A stretch of 64,000 bases of DNA from Balanoglossus misakiensis (Eukaryota > Animalia > Hemichordata). A model generated the notes under the pieces. It did not search any database. It saw only the letters and a program-made list of their open reading frames with translations, and was not told where the DNA came from. Position 1 is the first letter of the stretch; every line of letters begins with the position of its first letter. Where the stretch lies: positions 4,280,156-4,344,155 of the forward strand of contig CM082588.2 of the NCBI GenBank assembly GCA_040954595.2, given 5' to 3'. Both the position numbers and the translations under genes were made by a program. Positions 19,601 to 36,853 of this stretch are shown one piece after another.

Positions 19601-22600
19601 TGAACAGAAGCTTTTTATCGTTTCAGTTCCAGGTCTCTGTACCTTCTTTCAGGAGCACATTCATATATTGCAATAATCTCTAGAACCCTCACATACTTGA
19701 AGTTCCCATAACAAAAATTCATGTCGGTGTGTTTTGATGTTCAGCCAGATATCAGAATTTGCTTTGATCTTCCAAAATGTTCTGGGAAACCTTTTTTAGA
19801 ATCACTCTAATCCTTTTGTTTATGTTTGAAAGTTATAATATTGAGATTAGCAGCAGGATGTCCTGGTTGTTCAGTAGCCACAGCAGAAGTTACACATAAA
19901 CTAGTTTTTGGTAGTTAATCCCATGCATATCAATCAGCTAATTTGCATATTAAGTGTTGTGAACTTTTAACCAGTGATAAATTTCTGTTGTGATTGTGAA
20001 GTTCTTGCCCAAAAGGAAGGAGCCACCAGCTCAGAAGTTATAGCCCTTCATTTCTTGACCCTGCCACACCCATTGCTTACTGTTCAGGTCCAATCAAACA
20101 GGTGACTGTTGTATGGGATTGACCAAACCATTCTAGTGAAGGGGAAGATGCTCTGAGTTGCTATCTTTGTTAAGTGAAGGGTTTTAAATAATCTGTTCTG
20201 AAGTTTGTTAAAACGAATTTTTAACATAGAGCAATGAGTAAGTTTTACTAGGAAAGATAATTTTGTGCACAGATATATATTTTATTTTTGGAATTCAGCA
20301 TGGATAAAAAAGAGTACATAAATAAAAGTATTTTTCTGTTTTGAAAAAAAGTGACTTCACTTGGAACATAAATGACAAACATAAATGACAAAGGGCATTT
20401 TTTCGTGGATGATGTTTCAGTTCTAGTGCCATTGGAAATCCAAAGGTTTGCATGCCCAATTTAAAAGTATATGTTCTGTGGATTGAGGGATGCAGTTGAG
20501 GGGAAATGATTCTAATCATATCTGCGATGTGTTCAGTAGAGTGGTGTGTGTGTGTGTGTGGGTGGGTGAAGTGAAGTGAACTGCACAAAACATCATTTTT
20601 TTCGTCTGAGCCATGATACAAGAACTAAGGGAAAATATTTTTTTTTTAAATAATGGAAATTGACTCTTTGAATCACTTAGCGATAGAATTGTGAATAGAT
20701 TAAACTCAGGATTGGCAAATAAGAACATAGGGGTGTAATGGAATTGCCCCCTGTCTCAGTTGCTTGGACTATTGCAATTTAGAGGGAGGGAACTGTATAA
20801 AATTGGGTAACTTAGGGAGCTCAGTTCATTTGCTCTACTCTCATTGGTTACGAGTTGTGTGTTTGTACTTTTATGCATAAAGGGACTTCCAGGTTTGTGT
20901 AAAAAGCTATAGAGAGTTGTTTCTTCAAGTTCTTGGAAAATGGTTTGGGTTATTTTTTTTTATTGTTTAGAAAAGTTTGATCTTCCATCACAGTTTCTGG
21001 TTGAATACAGTGTTAATAGATTATACATATGTCGTGTGTACTAGGTTAGTTCATGGATGTGTTGTACAAATTTTCATGAAGGAGTTTCAAAGCCACTCAG
21101 CCTAATGTAAAAGCAGATGTGAATTTCTTTCATGTTGTATCAAAGTGATTGTATGGTGAATGTGCTGTATTTCAATCATTGCCAATATTTGTATGTTTTG
21201 TCTTTTACCATATTGTAAGAAAACGTGACATACTTTTCTCAGACGAAAGAGACGGAAATGGCTTCTGAGTTTGAAGTGAGGATTGTTGGATCCGCAGTGA
21301 TATTGTAACTTTCTCTTAGCTTTCGTACACATTGATACAGAAACAAACCTATTGTTTGGGCAGACACGCTAAATGATACACTGTGAACTGTTATAGAAGT
21401 CTTTTGTCATCCATGTTTGTTTTGTTCTTATTCAAACAAATGTAAGCTCCTTCCTGTATATCCACCATTTTTATCGATCACATGTTTTTTTCAATGTTTA
21501 TTGCATTAATGGAGAGAATGCTTGATACACTAAATGAAAACAAGGTACATATTTTTTTATTCTGAGATACCAGAAACTGAAATATCTAAAGATCTGCAAA
21601 GTGAAATAAACTTCATATGTCTGGGTAATCTTACACAGATGACTGAGTAATAAATAAGCCAACCCTGATCACGATTACTGCTTGCGTCTATTCGATGTAA
21701 TAGATATATGTAAATGAAGTTGAGCACTACAAACAGGGTTGAAGTTGAAGGTTTTAATACTGACATTTTTATTCTTTAAAATCAGAATGTAGGGGTAGCC
21801 TATACACAAAAAATAATGAAAAAATACCTACCTACTAATTGTGGCTAATTTTAGAGGAAATTTTCCAAAACGCAAAAAGGCCGGAATTCGTCCACGTACA
21901 TATTATGCAAGTGTATAAAACTTACATTTTAAATCTTGGTAAACACCTTGATTATAACCCCCAAGAATTGCCACTGAATTGTTTTACCGTTTATATCAGC
22001 CATACTACATAGGATGTTTTCAGTAAAAATGGCCATACACAAAAAAAATTATCAAGAAAGAATTATAGTTTTGTTGAATATTAAAACCTGTTTGTACACT
22101 CTTTTCAGTCCAGTAAAGGAAAACTGGAATAGAAGAATTTAACATTTCAATGTACAAAATCTATTTGAGATGCCAGTGGCCAAATTCTGAGTATGTCGTT
22201 CTTATTTTTAAAGACTTCTACAAGTGATAATGTTTGTACTGCGTATACTTATAGTACATGTACCTTGTATTTTAGTCTTGCCATGTGATTGCATAATACA
22301 AACACCTGGCAGTAAATAGTGTGTAACCTGAGAAGCGTATATCTGATTTCAGGTAGCTTCACAATTTTCCTCCAGCTGCAGTATTTGATTTGAAAAGTAA
22401 TCCAAGTTAGGTTTCATTTGAATGTTGATCATGATATAGAAACTGTGTTCATATTCCTGAATAAAGTTATGAATGAATTAAACATTTCACATACTGGTGT
22501 TTGTCTTTTATTCCCCCCTAGTTTACCAATGGAATTTTGACTGACACAAATGTATAAAAAAAAGCATCTTCATTCAGTCAGTCCCGTGATATGGCTATTA

Positions 22601-22734
22601 AGACTTATTTCACAGAAATTGACCAATGCTAGAAAACTTGCAAAACCATAGGCAACGGGATAAATGTCGCATAAAAATCCACCAAGATTATAAACACCTG
22701 TGATGGTGCACGGTGGCGCTTTTGTTTGATAATT

Positions 22735-22768
22735 GGGTCAAAGGCTGGAGGTCAAAGGTCAAAGTTTC
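22735..22768 (+). promoter_or_regulatory. Array of nuclear-receptor half-sites including a perfect DR1, upstream of PEX7
   Basis: GGGTCA-a-AGGCTG-g-AGGTCA-a-AGGTCA-a-AGTTTC, about 100 nt before the PEX7 ATG. Confidence 0.5.
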
Positions 22769-22847
22769 CATCATCAAGATATATTTCGAAGGTTTCTGCT
22801 CAGTGCAGTTGCTTTATCAAGTGGAATTAAAGGCGACTTCCTCCTAA

Positions 22848-25926
<3,079 letters not shown>

Positions 25927-26129
25927 CAGAAAAATTACCATTTTTTACATGTTTTAAGTTTATACATTGATATGATTTTTGATCGATTAAATTATTTTTT
26001 CAATCATATCACACGAGTTAGTGTTAAGCTCTGTTAGATACATACGGCTAATAAATCTATACACACAGGCTTGAACTTTATGATGTCATAAATTAACAAT
26101 TTTCAAGTTGCCAGTCGACTTCTGTCACA

Positions 26130-29100
26130 TCAGATTTTGACAAATTTCGTGATGTACTCTTGGTATTTCTTGTAGTCTTTCGGTTCACAAGACTTGGGTA
26201 CTTGTTGGCCTTTGGAGACATAGGACTCGTAGATGGCCTTGGACTTTCTGTCCACTGTTGGTGGAGTTACATCGTATGAACTATCAAGGGAAAACGCGCT
26301 TGTCTGGATTCTGTGAGGGAAAAAAACCAGAGGATTACAAATTCAAATTCTCTGAAAAACAATAAATATTTCTACCCATGTCATTACATACACAAGTGCT
26401 CTACCACTGTTGCACCTTTGAGGTGTTGGAGTTAGCAAATAACAAATTATCGAACGAACTGGTACATACATGTGTATGCATATAATTAAAGCAAACATGC
26501 AACACAAAAATGCTAATTTTTTCATGTTTTAGAAATAAACCATAGGAAAGTTATTTATTCATGAATCAAGGCCAGACTAGCATATCACCTTGGTAACAAA
26601 AACCATAAACAGTCACACAAACTTGACTCACAGCTTCGTGGTTCGTTTCATGCTTTTCTTGATGCGTGGCAATTCTGGAGCCAAGGAAGCCTCTATGCAT
26701 TTCTGTGTGGCGTTCAACTGCAGAGCTACAAATCTACAAGACGGGAGTGATATATAGATATAAAAATTGTTTATTTAACCCTTATTTCACTACTACTATT
26801 CTGATTTATTTTAACCTCTAAAATGTAAAATTCTTGTAATCTCTGATTTCTCTTTCTGATTAAAAAAGGGAATGGGTTCTCAAACTTCACTTGATTGAAG
26901 TATGAGCCAATGCCGGGCCCAACTTCCAAGATGCTAGATTCAACTCAATGCATTTGGTATATAAATCGAAAAGATCGCCATTCTCACTTTTGATAGACCT
27001 GTACATCATGTCTGGGCGTCTTCTCTATTTCAACTCCGTACGTCTGCTTCATGGTTGGAAAGATATCCTGAGAATGAGTTAATAAAGATTCATTTCTGAG
27101 TTACTTCAGTGGAGATACTGATTCTCAGAAACTGGTAGTGTGTATCAATTGACACGCCACAAATATGTGAAAAGCTGTATCATGCAGTCACTAAGTTACG
27201 GATAGTGCAAGGAACATCAGTGGATAAATCCACGACATGCAAATGGATCTCTTGCGTCTGTGTACACTAGGAACACAACTACAGGTCTCGAAATTAAGGA
27301 CTGTCCGATTGCCTGGCTGTGCCTGCATGCCACACACCTTAAGTGAAATGATGTTATCCCCTCCCTGAATGGGCGACAATGGGGATGTGAGTAACAACGC
27401 TCTCTCTTCATCATCGGTGGTGCTGTCACCACTGCTACTGCTGCTGTCAGTTATTGAACTCGGTGAACCGGCGAAGTTTTTACGTTCTGTTGTCGTTTTC
27501 TGGGCCGCAGTTTTCCTGTAACACATCAATACGACACAATGAAGTCGTGCGCTTTGTGCCAAGTTGTTCATATCATCAGAATTGAAACAAAACAAAAAAG
27601 GCCCACATGGGAAAAACACCACTGTCAGGATAAATTATCACAGGACATTCGATGGCTAAGTTGCTTGTCTAGTGATTTTTTGATGATCGACAAATATCAT
27701 GACATTATCAGATAGCATACCCCGACTCCTTACGTCTACCTGGCTGAACACGTACTGTGAACGGACTATAATTCACAGCAAATTTAGGCATGAAGTCCCT
27801 GAAATACAAACAGAATATTCAACTTATTCTATTGAATACAACAGGCAAGAAGATAAGAGTATAAGTACAGATTCAATTTTGTCCCTTATTTTCACCCAAT
27901 TTTCTGTCTTATCCCAATCTCCGACACAGACTATGGTTGCCGCCATCTTGTCTGTTGTGGACAGCACACTGCATTATGGGATTGACTGTGTATACACTTT
28001 TTGTAACCAGAGTCTCTGGTTTGGCACATGTGCATTAGATGATTGTTGCCCTTAAGTGAATTTTACCGTTCTGTACCTGATGGAATGTGACATGCCGGAA
28101 GAGAAGAGCTCGGAGAGGATGGTCCTTTCATACGGGTGGTAGTAATCTATGTATGGGTCAACTTTCTCATCATCAAGGTGACTGACAATCACATTGTCCC
28201 CGTTCAGTGACTTAGTAAGCTCGTCGTATGGATATGGCAGTGCTTCTAGCATTCGCAGATCGTACCATTCTGTGTAGCTGTGGTGGGGAAGACAGAGAGT
28301 AACTGTGGTAACTTAACACTTCAGTTGATAAGAACCCCCCCCCCCCCCCATACAATGATGCGGTTCCAATAACACAGCATACCCTAACATTACTGACCCC
28401 AAAACGAATAAATGAATAAAAATATACACAGCAATACTTTGGTGCTGATTGGCTAATAAATTGATGAATATCTACGAATAAAAATATACACAGCAATACT
28501 TTGGTGCTGATTGGCTAATAAATTCATGAATATCTACGAATTAATTTAGCAAACCAATCAGAGTGATCAATGCTTGTTATTGGAGAGGATGAGCATGTTT
28601 CTGGTCATTGTATGTCAAAAATCCGATTTAACACGAATAAAGAGTAATATCTTTTGCCTACCATGGTCTCTTCTTTGGAACCAATGACATGGTGTCTTTG
28701 TGATGTAAATAATAATCTGTGGGAAGTTCCCAGAGTGGTGGCTTGTTGTCTTTTGGTTGAAACACACCCAGGAAGAGATTTAGACAACTTTGTTTTTCGG
28801 TGTCTGAAAGGAAAGAGATGTGTTTTGCGTGTGTGATGAGGGGTATATTAGGGGGCTGTGGGAAGTAAGTTTAAACAAGTAAATTATAAACAAATTACTT
28901 GGATGAGTAAGAACTCACCTCAATAATAGTTTGCTCAAGGCAACTTAGATATTTTGAGAGGAAAAACTGGGGGTCACCATGAACAATTTTGAACGAAAGA
29001 GCAAAAGTGTCTCAAATTCGAAATTCAAAATGGCCGCCACACCTCAGAAAGAAAATCTGTTTTACACAGTGAGGCCATTGCATGTCTGATTGGTCACAAA

Positions 29101-32100
29101 GCCTTACCAGAGAACGCGTTGCTGTAGTACCTCGACAAGGTCTGCGTGATATCTCTGGAGTGTGCTGTCCAGGGTGAAATCTTCCTGTAGGTACTGACGC
29201 TATGAACGAGCTGCGAACCACCGTACTGTAACGCTAAAGTGTCGCCATGATCTTCATACAGTTCCTCTAACATTCTGGGAAAGGGGGGACCAAACAGACA
29301 GCTGTGAGAATACACACTGTTCATTGAAAAAGTTTGATGAGGCCTTTTATCTCAAGGGGTAAAGAATGAAGAAAGATATTATTTGCATAATATATAAACT
29401 CTAAGTGGGGGCACACTCCGCTGTTCTAAAGGAGCTATGCAGATATTTTTGTTTGTTTATTTGTTTTATTTTCTTACCTAGCAGCATCTGAGTCAAAGTC
29501 CACATCAGGTTTGTCTATGACATTCAAAGCATACAACTGTGAAAAGGTTAGAAAATACAGAAAGAAATATTTTCTGTTATTTGATACTTCATACATGTAC
29601 ATAGTTTCAATAACTTTGATATGGTACCTGTGGGACATATATATTCTAATATGAACCAAAAGTGTATTTTACCCCTTTCTATGCGAACACACTGTCTTTG
29701 ACAGCATGTCATGATTGACCCATACATGGACAGAGGAAAATAGATTTACTAATACTACTATAACATCATCTGACTCGACTACTCACCTGGTAACCAAAGA
29801 CACACTTGCCGATTGCGAACTGGGCAGTGTTTGTTCTGTCAAGGCAGTCCACGCAGTTTGTCCTGGCTACACCACTCTGTGGAGACACAAAAATATCCAG
29901 ACATGAAAGTCAATCTTTTCTACAACTTGCCATACTTTGCTTCAATTGATAGGGCTGGTTCCTCACGGAAAAATAAAATAACTGCTGAATTATCTCGGCC
30001 ATCTTACCTGTCTACAGATGGGGATGACAGCCTGATGGCTGGTCGAATTCGCTGCGGCACATCTGAGAAACAAATAAAAGATCCACATTTGTGATTGTAC
30101 ATGACGCAACACAAAAGAGCATTCTTTCTCTTCTGGTGGTTTTCAATAATTGCTACAATGAGCAGTGATAACTTTTGGCCAGGTCGTCCAATATTTGTCT
30201 CTTTACATTGTTATTTTTCAACCACATACTGGAATATTTACCTGTCACCCATAAGGACCTTACACTTCATCCCTGGCCCAGAATGGAAGAATCCAGTCCT
30301 TTTGACCACACTGTGAGCTATCTCTGCAAGTCTGGCCATGACATTGACATTCTTACTGCAAATAAAAACTTACATCACTGGATTATGTTACATCCCCTAT
30401 TTAAAGGTATACAGTCACCTCCAATTTACACACGCCCATATATGGCTGAAATGGCATATTTGGGCGTTCTAAAGAACATATGGTGGCGCTCTTTTTTTTG
30501 CGTGTGCCACCCACTGAAAATCAGTGATTGGCTAGATTTCAATTTGCCATGGTAACTATAGCTAATTTTAAACAGGTGACCGTATACCTTTAACTGAACT
30601 TAGTTGAAACCCTTTGTTTTAGTAGCTTATATAATGTCCAGTCTTGTAAGTGATATGAGTGTTTGGTTTCTCATTTGGACCGGGAATACAGGGACCACTT
30701 GACAACTTACTTTTTTGTTAATCGAGCCATGTCCCAGGCAATGTAAGAAATGGCATATTGTGGAGGCAAGAACTGGTTGAGATACGTGACTGCACTCTCT
30801 AACTGGTCGCTTAATATACTCTCGTGTCGTCGCTTTTCTCGTTTCTGTGAGCGGAAAAAATGAATTAAGGATGTACGCGCAGAACATAAACCGGAAACAG
30901 TGCGCGCCCGGTCTTTTTCCCATAGGATTACATTGAAAATTGCTAGAAAACAAACTTCTACTATTGTCATTTTCACGAAATTTTACATATAGCTCAATCC
31001 AGCAAATATAAATTCATTGGTCAAATAAAATATAGGGGTCACCGCGCTCTATTTTGAGATAAATTGCGTCAAAATTTTTGCCCATAGACAAACCATTGGT
31101 GAAAAATGCTGAGTCATCAGTTTTCTTCTATTATCGGCTAAATTCATGGCTCTGTATTTCAAAAACAAGCGCGGTGACCCCTATATTTTATTACGGATTT
31201 TCATTATACATACAAAGGAGAATCCAAAAATCCACAATTAAAAAAAATGACAATACTTTCAATTTTACTGAACGTACATCCTTAATAGGCAATGTATGAT
31301 ATATGCAAGGCTTGGTTAGTTCATGCTGTATAGTCTCCCAATAAGAAATAAGTTCGTTTACATTTTGGTACGATTCAGGAACCAGGCACAAAAAGCCACA
31401 AGGTAGGAATACTTCAAAGACATTTCATGGGATTATAAAATCGTTACCTTGACAAGGTTAATGATGACAACAGGAGCACCATATCTGTCAAGAACTTCAG
31501 AAAAATGTCGACCGGCGATGTATGCATACGGATCACTGATGTCCACTGAAATGAAATTTAAAGGAATGCAGGAAAGTGATCTTTTGTTTAAAGTGGTACA
31601 GTTAAAAATTAGTTCCTCAGATACATGTACAGAAATAGGATTTCCACATGCACATGGCATGTTGATAATACTATATATCTTGATCTAAATTCAAATGAAG
31701 AGTCACACATGATTGGTGGCTTGGGTACAATACTCACATGTGATTGGTGGTTTGGGTACAATACTCACATGTGATTGGTGGTTTGGGTACCATGTTGGAT
31801 ATATCTTGTGACCACATTCCGGGCACCGATCCTCGGAGTTGAGTGTAGGATGTATACCGCCCTCTTGTGGGAGACATCACAGATGCATCATGCACTATTT
31901 GCTCTGTTTCAACTTCGTTTGCCACTTGTCCCTGTAAATAACAAACAAAATTACTGTGGTCATTTTATTCTGTCTATTTGTTAATTTTGTATGCGAAAAA
32001 GGAGAAGAACACAAGGCTGTTATTGGTATATAGAACAGTAGAACCAATGACCATTCACCTCTGAATTTGCACCTCTTTTCAAAAACCTTGTCCCAGCAAA

Positions 32101-34389
32101 CTGTTTGGATCTCCTCGCGATCAGAGTTAAGTAAATCGATTTTCCAAATATACAGATATCTAATTATAGTTAAGGAAATTTTTACAGCGATCAAGGTTAT
32201 TTTACAATCTACAAGCAAGAGGCTGATACTTCCGAAAAGTATCTCATTATATGAGTGAAAATTCTCAAACACAAATTATTACGGTAAGTAAAGGATACTT
32301 GATTGTCCCATAAATCCATGTATAACATACAGAAGCCACTCCGGCTGCACGACATTTTCAAAATGTTCCAACATGTGAGAATTCCATACATACTTGTAGT
32401 TTGGATGACTGCAAAAACCAAGCTTGGCTTGTTTGATGTCTCCTGTAAGAGGATATCAAAGACTAAGTCCAGACTGAGGTGTACATGTTTTTAAGTTCTT
32501 TGATCACATTGCAATGTCTCTCTCCTTCCCCCCTCGATCGTGTCATATCTCCTCCATTCACACAACACATCATCGAAACATTCATATTGAAAACCCAATG
32601 AGAGTGTGACATCCACCTACCAGCTATTTTGGCTTCATCGAAATCTCTGGGCTTCGTAAAGTTGTACTGTAAACTATGTGTCAAGTCATACGAGTAACTG
32701 AAATGAAACAAGATAACAAATATAGCATACTGAGTAGGTCAAAGAAGAACTGTGCTCACTCCTTCTTGATTACAAGGATAAGTAGATGAAAATTCTTACC
32801 TGAAGTAGAAGTTACTGGACAAATCAACAGTTTGGAATATTTTCACATATCTGAAAATAATCATATCATTAGTGAATAATGAATCGTGAAATAAAGTTGG
32901 GGCATATTGGCCCATATATGATATGATATGAATGTTGACAGTGATAATGACCGTGCTTGTCTGTTTCGCTTGACCATAAATGCATGACTGAGAGTGAAAG
33001 CTGGCCAGTGAGTCATGGAGGAGTGGGAAGAGTCAGTGTCTCACCTGGACTCATCACTTTGTGGCTGTCTGACTGTATCATTGGGAATGTAAATCATACT
33101 GGTGTCTTCAATCTTGTAGATGGTGTGACCTCCAATCACTGCAATCCTGTGTGTGAGAGAGATGTTCATCAATAACAGCACAGGGGGCCCTTCCATATCC
33201 TAGAACATGGGTTTTCACAGCCCCAGAACTGGGATGTGCCAGCAGCCTAGTACAGCTCAAAAGAGCACACCCCCTGTACAAGATACATGTATGTAGCCAC
33301 AAGGAAATAATACATGGCAAAGAGTGGATCTGTCCAATGTTTTCAAAACTGACAAAAAAATTCCTGGCAGTTTCCACTCACCTTCTTCTTTTGGTGATGA
33401 GGATTATGTAATAACCTTCCAGAAATCGGATGAAACCTGAAGAAAACACAAAGATCCGCTTGACTACCCATCCAAGTTGAAACTTTCAAATTACTTAAAC
33501 GTGATCAGAAAATGTCTTCTTTGGTTCAAAAGATATCCAATGTGGAATATCCAGGATTAATCTTAGTGATCTAAACTATTACAAGCTACGTACTCTACAC
33601 AAAAATACATTTCCTTACCAACTATTCCAAACGCTGACACAGTCCGACTTAAACCACTTGATCCCCTTTGAACCAGTTTAGATTTGTTGCCTTCGTTAAT
33701 CATAATTAATAATTGTTTGATTTCATATGTGGAGTACACCATCTAGAAGGCAGTGGAGAGTATGTTAGTGTTTACACCCCTATCAATGCTGTGTACTTGG
33801 TATGTTCCCATTGCAAACTTCTAAGACTTCTGTATTGATTTTGTGAGCAATTATACTCATACACACAATTCATACTGTGCAGTGTCATGATTTGCTAGAA
33901 TTAGTCATGTGATAGGATTGACTATTTTCCCTAGGGAAATAGTCACATCGACTATTGAAGTGAAAACTTTCTAACCCTATCATCGTGGATGACTAGGTCC
34001 CTTGGTTCCGTTCTGTCAATCTTCAACACTTGAAACTTGGTTTCTGTGTTGTTGGACCCAACAAGATAAAACCTCTGCAAAACAATGTCAAGATTGTATT
34101 TTAAGAAAATAAGTAAGAGAAATATTTGAATTCACCCCGTACACTTTCCTAGGTTCAATGTGTTTGTCCCTAGTTCCTAGTGATCATATGTGGTCATAGC
34201 CCCACCCACTGTGAGAGCATGTTGAACTAGTAGTGGTAGGACTGACGATCAGATCTGCAACAATTATGCAGCTATCTCCAAAAGGGGATGCAGCAATGGG
34301 CCTTATCCATATTTAGATATTGGACTTACAGCCTTGGTTTCATACAGGACAATCCTCTGCACAGAGCCTATAACAGGATTCAACATCAT
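26130..34389 (-). CDS. FIG4: PI(3,5)P2 5-phosphatase FIG4 (SAC domain), about 24 exons
   Basis: N-terminus [28 protein letters not shown]; [36 protein letters not shown]; catalytic CX5RT motif [12 protein letters not shown] (exon 29787-29876); [20 protein letters not shown]; stop at 26130-26132. Some C-terminal exon boundaries approximate. Confidence 0.93.
28414..28540. repeat. Tandem duplication, 2 x 62 bp, in a FIG4 intron
   Basis: gaataaaaatatacacagcaatactttggtgctgattggctaataaattNatgaatatctac twice. Confidence 0.85.
30405..30589. mobile_element. TTAA-targeting MITE (Kolobok-like) in a FIG4 intron
   Basis: TIRs AGGTATACAGTCACCT / AGGTGACCGTATACCT (15/16), TTAA on both sides, purine-purine 5' terminus. 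Confidence 0.75.
30869..31281. mobile_element. TTAA-targeting MITE (Kolobok-like), second family, in a FIG4 intron
   Basis: ttaa-GGATGTACGCGCAG...CTGAACGTACATCC-ttaa; internal inverted repeat AATAAAATATAGGGGTCACCGCGC (about 31024-31047 / 31169-31192). Confidence 0.7.
31706..31790 (-). repeat. About 2.7 copies of a 31-bp unit spanning a FIG4 exon end and splice donor
   Basis: Minus strand: GTACCCAAACCACCAATCACAT|GTGAGTATT repeated; third copy degenerate. Confidence 0.8.
32160..32298 (-). other. U12-type (minor spliceosome) GT-AG intron in FIG4
   Basis: Donor GTATCCTTT, branch point TTCCTTAAC about 10 nt before the AG, no polypyrimidine tract; flanking exons join in frame ([24 protein letters not shown]). 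Confidence 0.9.
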
Positions 34390-34806
34390 TTTGACAGATT
34401 CTCTGTGTACAGCAGTTGACTACTGGGCGACCACTGACAGCGTCAGCTAAAGCACGGTCAGATTACTGTGGCTGGAGAGGAAGAAGAGCAAACCAACGTT
34501 AGACAAAGGCTACAATAATTGCAAATACTGTCGAGGATGTTCATTGCAAGCTTATATATCCCAGCTGAACACTACATGTTAGTACTGTGTTGTTTACATC
34601 TGTGGTAATGTTTGCATGTAACGATACACCGGAAATTAGACATCGAACTAGGAAGATTGCGATCATGAATTCATCATAAATACCTCGCGAACTACCCAGT
34701 GTTAATGGAAGGTCGTGTTGTATCAATCTTGGGGTTCAGTCATGGTTACAACCGTCTTTAAATCATAAATTTTCCCTTCAATTCAATTACGGATCAAGAC
34801 GATGGA

Positions 34807-34885
34807 GGCGGCCATTGTTGTTTGAAATGCATCATGGGAGCATTAGTTGACAGCCCCGCCCACTTTAAATATTCAGCCAATCACA
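34807..34885 (-). promoter_or_regulatory. FIG4 housekeeping-type promoter: YY1-like, ZNF143-like, GC box, CCAAT
   Basis: GGCGGCCATTGTTG (34807-20), TGAAATGCATCATGGGAG (34823-40), GCCCCGCCCA (34853-62), CCAAT (34877-81). Confidence 0.55.
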
Positions 34886-36853
34886 GTTCAGCCATTCTGG
34901 GACGATAAGGGAAAAGTTACGAAAAGTCATGTAATCCTGAAAGCGAAATATGGGGCTAAGACAATCCCTGGAAGTAAAAGGTTTAATTAATTAGCGCTGG
35001 GGATAATTGATCATTGGGACACGATACAGCTTACGGGTGTCTGGTTATAATGAAAAGATAGGACGAAGAAAGTATCGATGGAAATAGACAATAGGAATGT
35101 ACATGACTTTAGATTTATCTGCTTAGATCTTTACTGTGTTGTGTGATCGAACAACAGCAGAAAACTTTAAAAAAAACAGTGTTCTACGCAATGGCGTCCA
35201 CGCTGCATCAAATTAAGATGTTTCATGCACTGCATGGTTGCCATGGCTACCTAGTGTATGTTTGATTTGCTGACGCACATCTACTAAGCAAAGAGACGGT
35301 GGTGGCCAGGGCTTGTGAGAAATAAAAAAAAGTGACGACTTGTCCTGCCAACCCCTAAAGGTGCACACACAATGGACTTTTCTGCTCATTTCAACTCCTT
35401 GTCTCAAAGTTATCATCACGCTGTGTAATTAAATACTTTGTGAAATAATGTCGATTTCAAAAGGTGTTTGGTGTACCCTTAATACCATTCCTTACAACAC
35501 GTGCATGTCCTGTTTGCTTGTTTTGTATTTACCACACTCAAGTCGCTTAGATACTATCCCCTGATTGAAAATGTGAGTTTCGACAGAGTATATAATTCAA
35601 AGAAGGAGTTTAAAGGCAAATTCACAATCGACAAAATCTTTGTCACGTGAATTTGGGGTATAAGCTTACTATAGCTACTGCCAGGTACAGACAAGTTAAA
35701 TTAAGTGGTGTTTTGCAAAATTGTTCAACTGCCACGAGCTTATGAATTTCAGTAGTCGAAATTTAAACTTTCTAGAATCGAACTAAAACAGAGTATTTTA
35801 CTATTGAGCTAGCAGATACTTTGTTTATCTCAAAACACCCCTTCATTGTGCAGTATTCATCAACTCTTTAACTTTATGGACAGAGCCATTTGTAAACTTC
35901 TAAGACCGGGTACCAAGAGTCATCGCAAAATTTGAAGAAAGTCTTCAAAATGTTTTCTTTCACTGTTTGAAGAGTTTTCCCTCTTACCATTCATTAATTG
36001 TAAACGTTGTCAACGTAGAAAAACGTGGTTTGGTAGCAACCGCCTCGGAGTGTCAATTTCACAATCCCGATCAAATGAGACAAACACCTGGCGTGATCAA
36101 TACAGGTAGCTATTTTATATAAATCCGTATGTCTACAATACATGGCCACACTTTTAAAGCGTAAATTCGTTATACTTCTTGTCATATTGAGTCACCGTTC
36201 GTCACTATTCACGCTACATTCTGAAGTGCATTCACTACATTGCGAGTACGTGTGCTAACCCAACAAGGGCACTGGGAATACATTCCACATCTTTGCAATA
36301 AAGAACTCGCAAATCCTACTTAATCCCACCTATTCAAGCGAAATGGACAGAGGGCTTCCCGGAGTCGCCAGGAGCGACATGATGTATGAATGCGTGTTTA
36401 GAAATGGATTAGTCGATCACTCAGCGAAGCCCCCTTCACGGGGGGTCCAACCCTAGCTTGAATACCCTAACCTACTGAGACTTGGCAACCGTCCCAGAAG
36501 ACTTCGAAAGTGATGCTGACTTTTGCATTGTGAAATTAACTCGCACGCTCAACGGTTCCTTTTGGTGTTTGTGTAGACACTTTAATAAAGGTTTTATTTT
36601 AAATAGTCGCGGCCATGACTGCGTTAATGCTGTATACTGTCGACACTCCTGGCTATTTCATGGCCCAATTGCAGATCATAGAAACTGGAATATCTAACAA
36701 CCCAATCTCAGAACCATTTGAAGAACGAATAAAACTGAGCCGACACCACAAATGAGGCCTGAAAAATGCTTCTCTGAAATCATGTTTGAAGATGTTTGGA
36801 ATATTTTCATGGAGTAGTGATCGTTTACTTTGGACGGCGAGTCGTTGGGTATT

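Noticed and set aside
28414-31790. Short direct repeats as a CRISPR-like array
   Set aside because: Only 2-3 adjacent copies, no unique spacers, eukaryotic intronic context.
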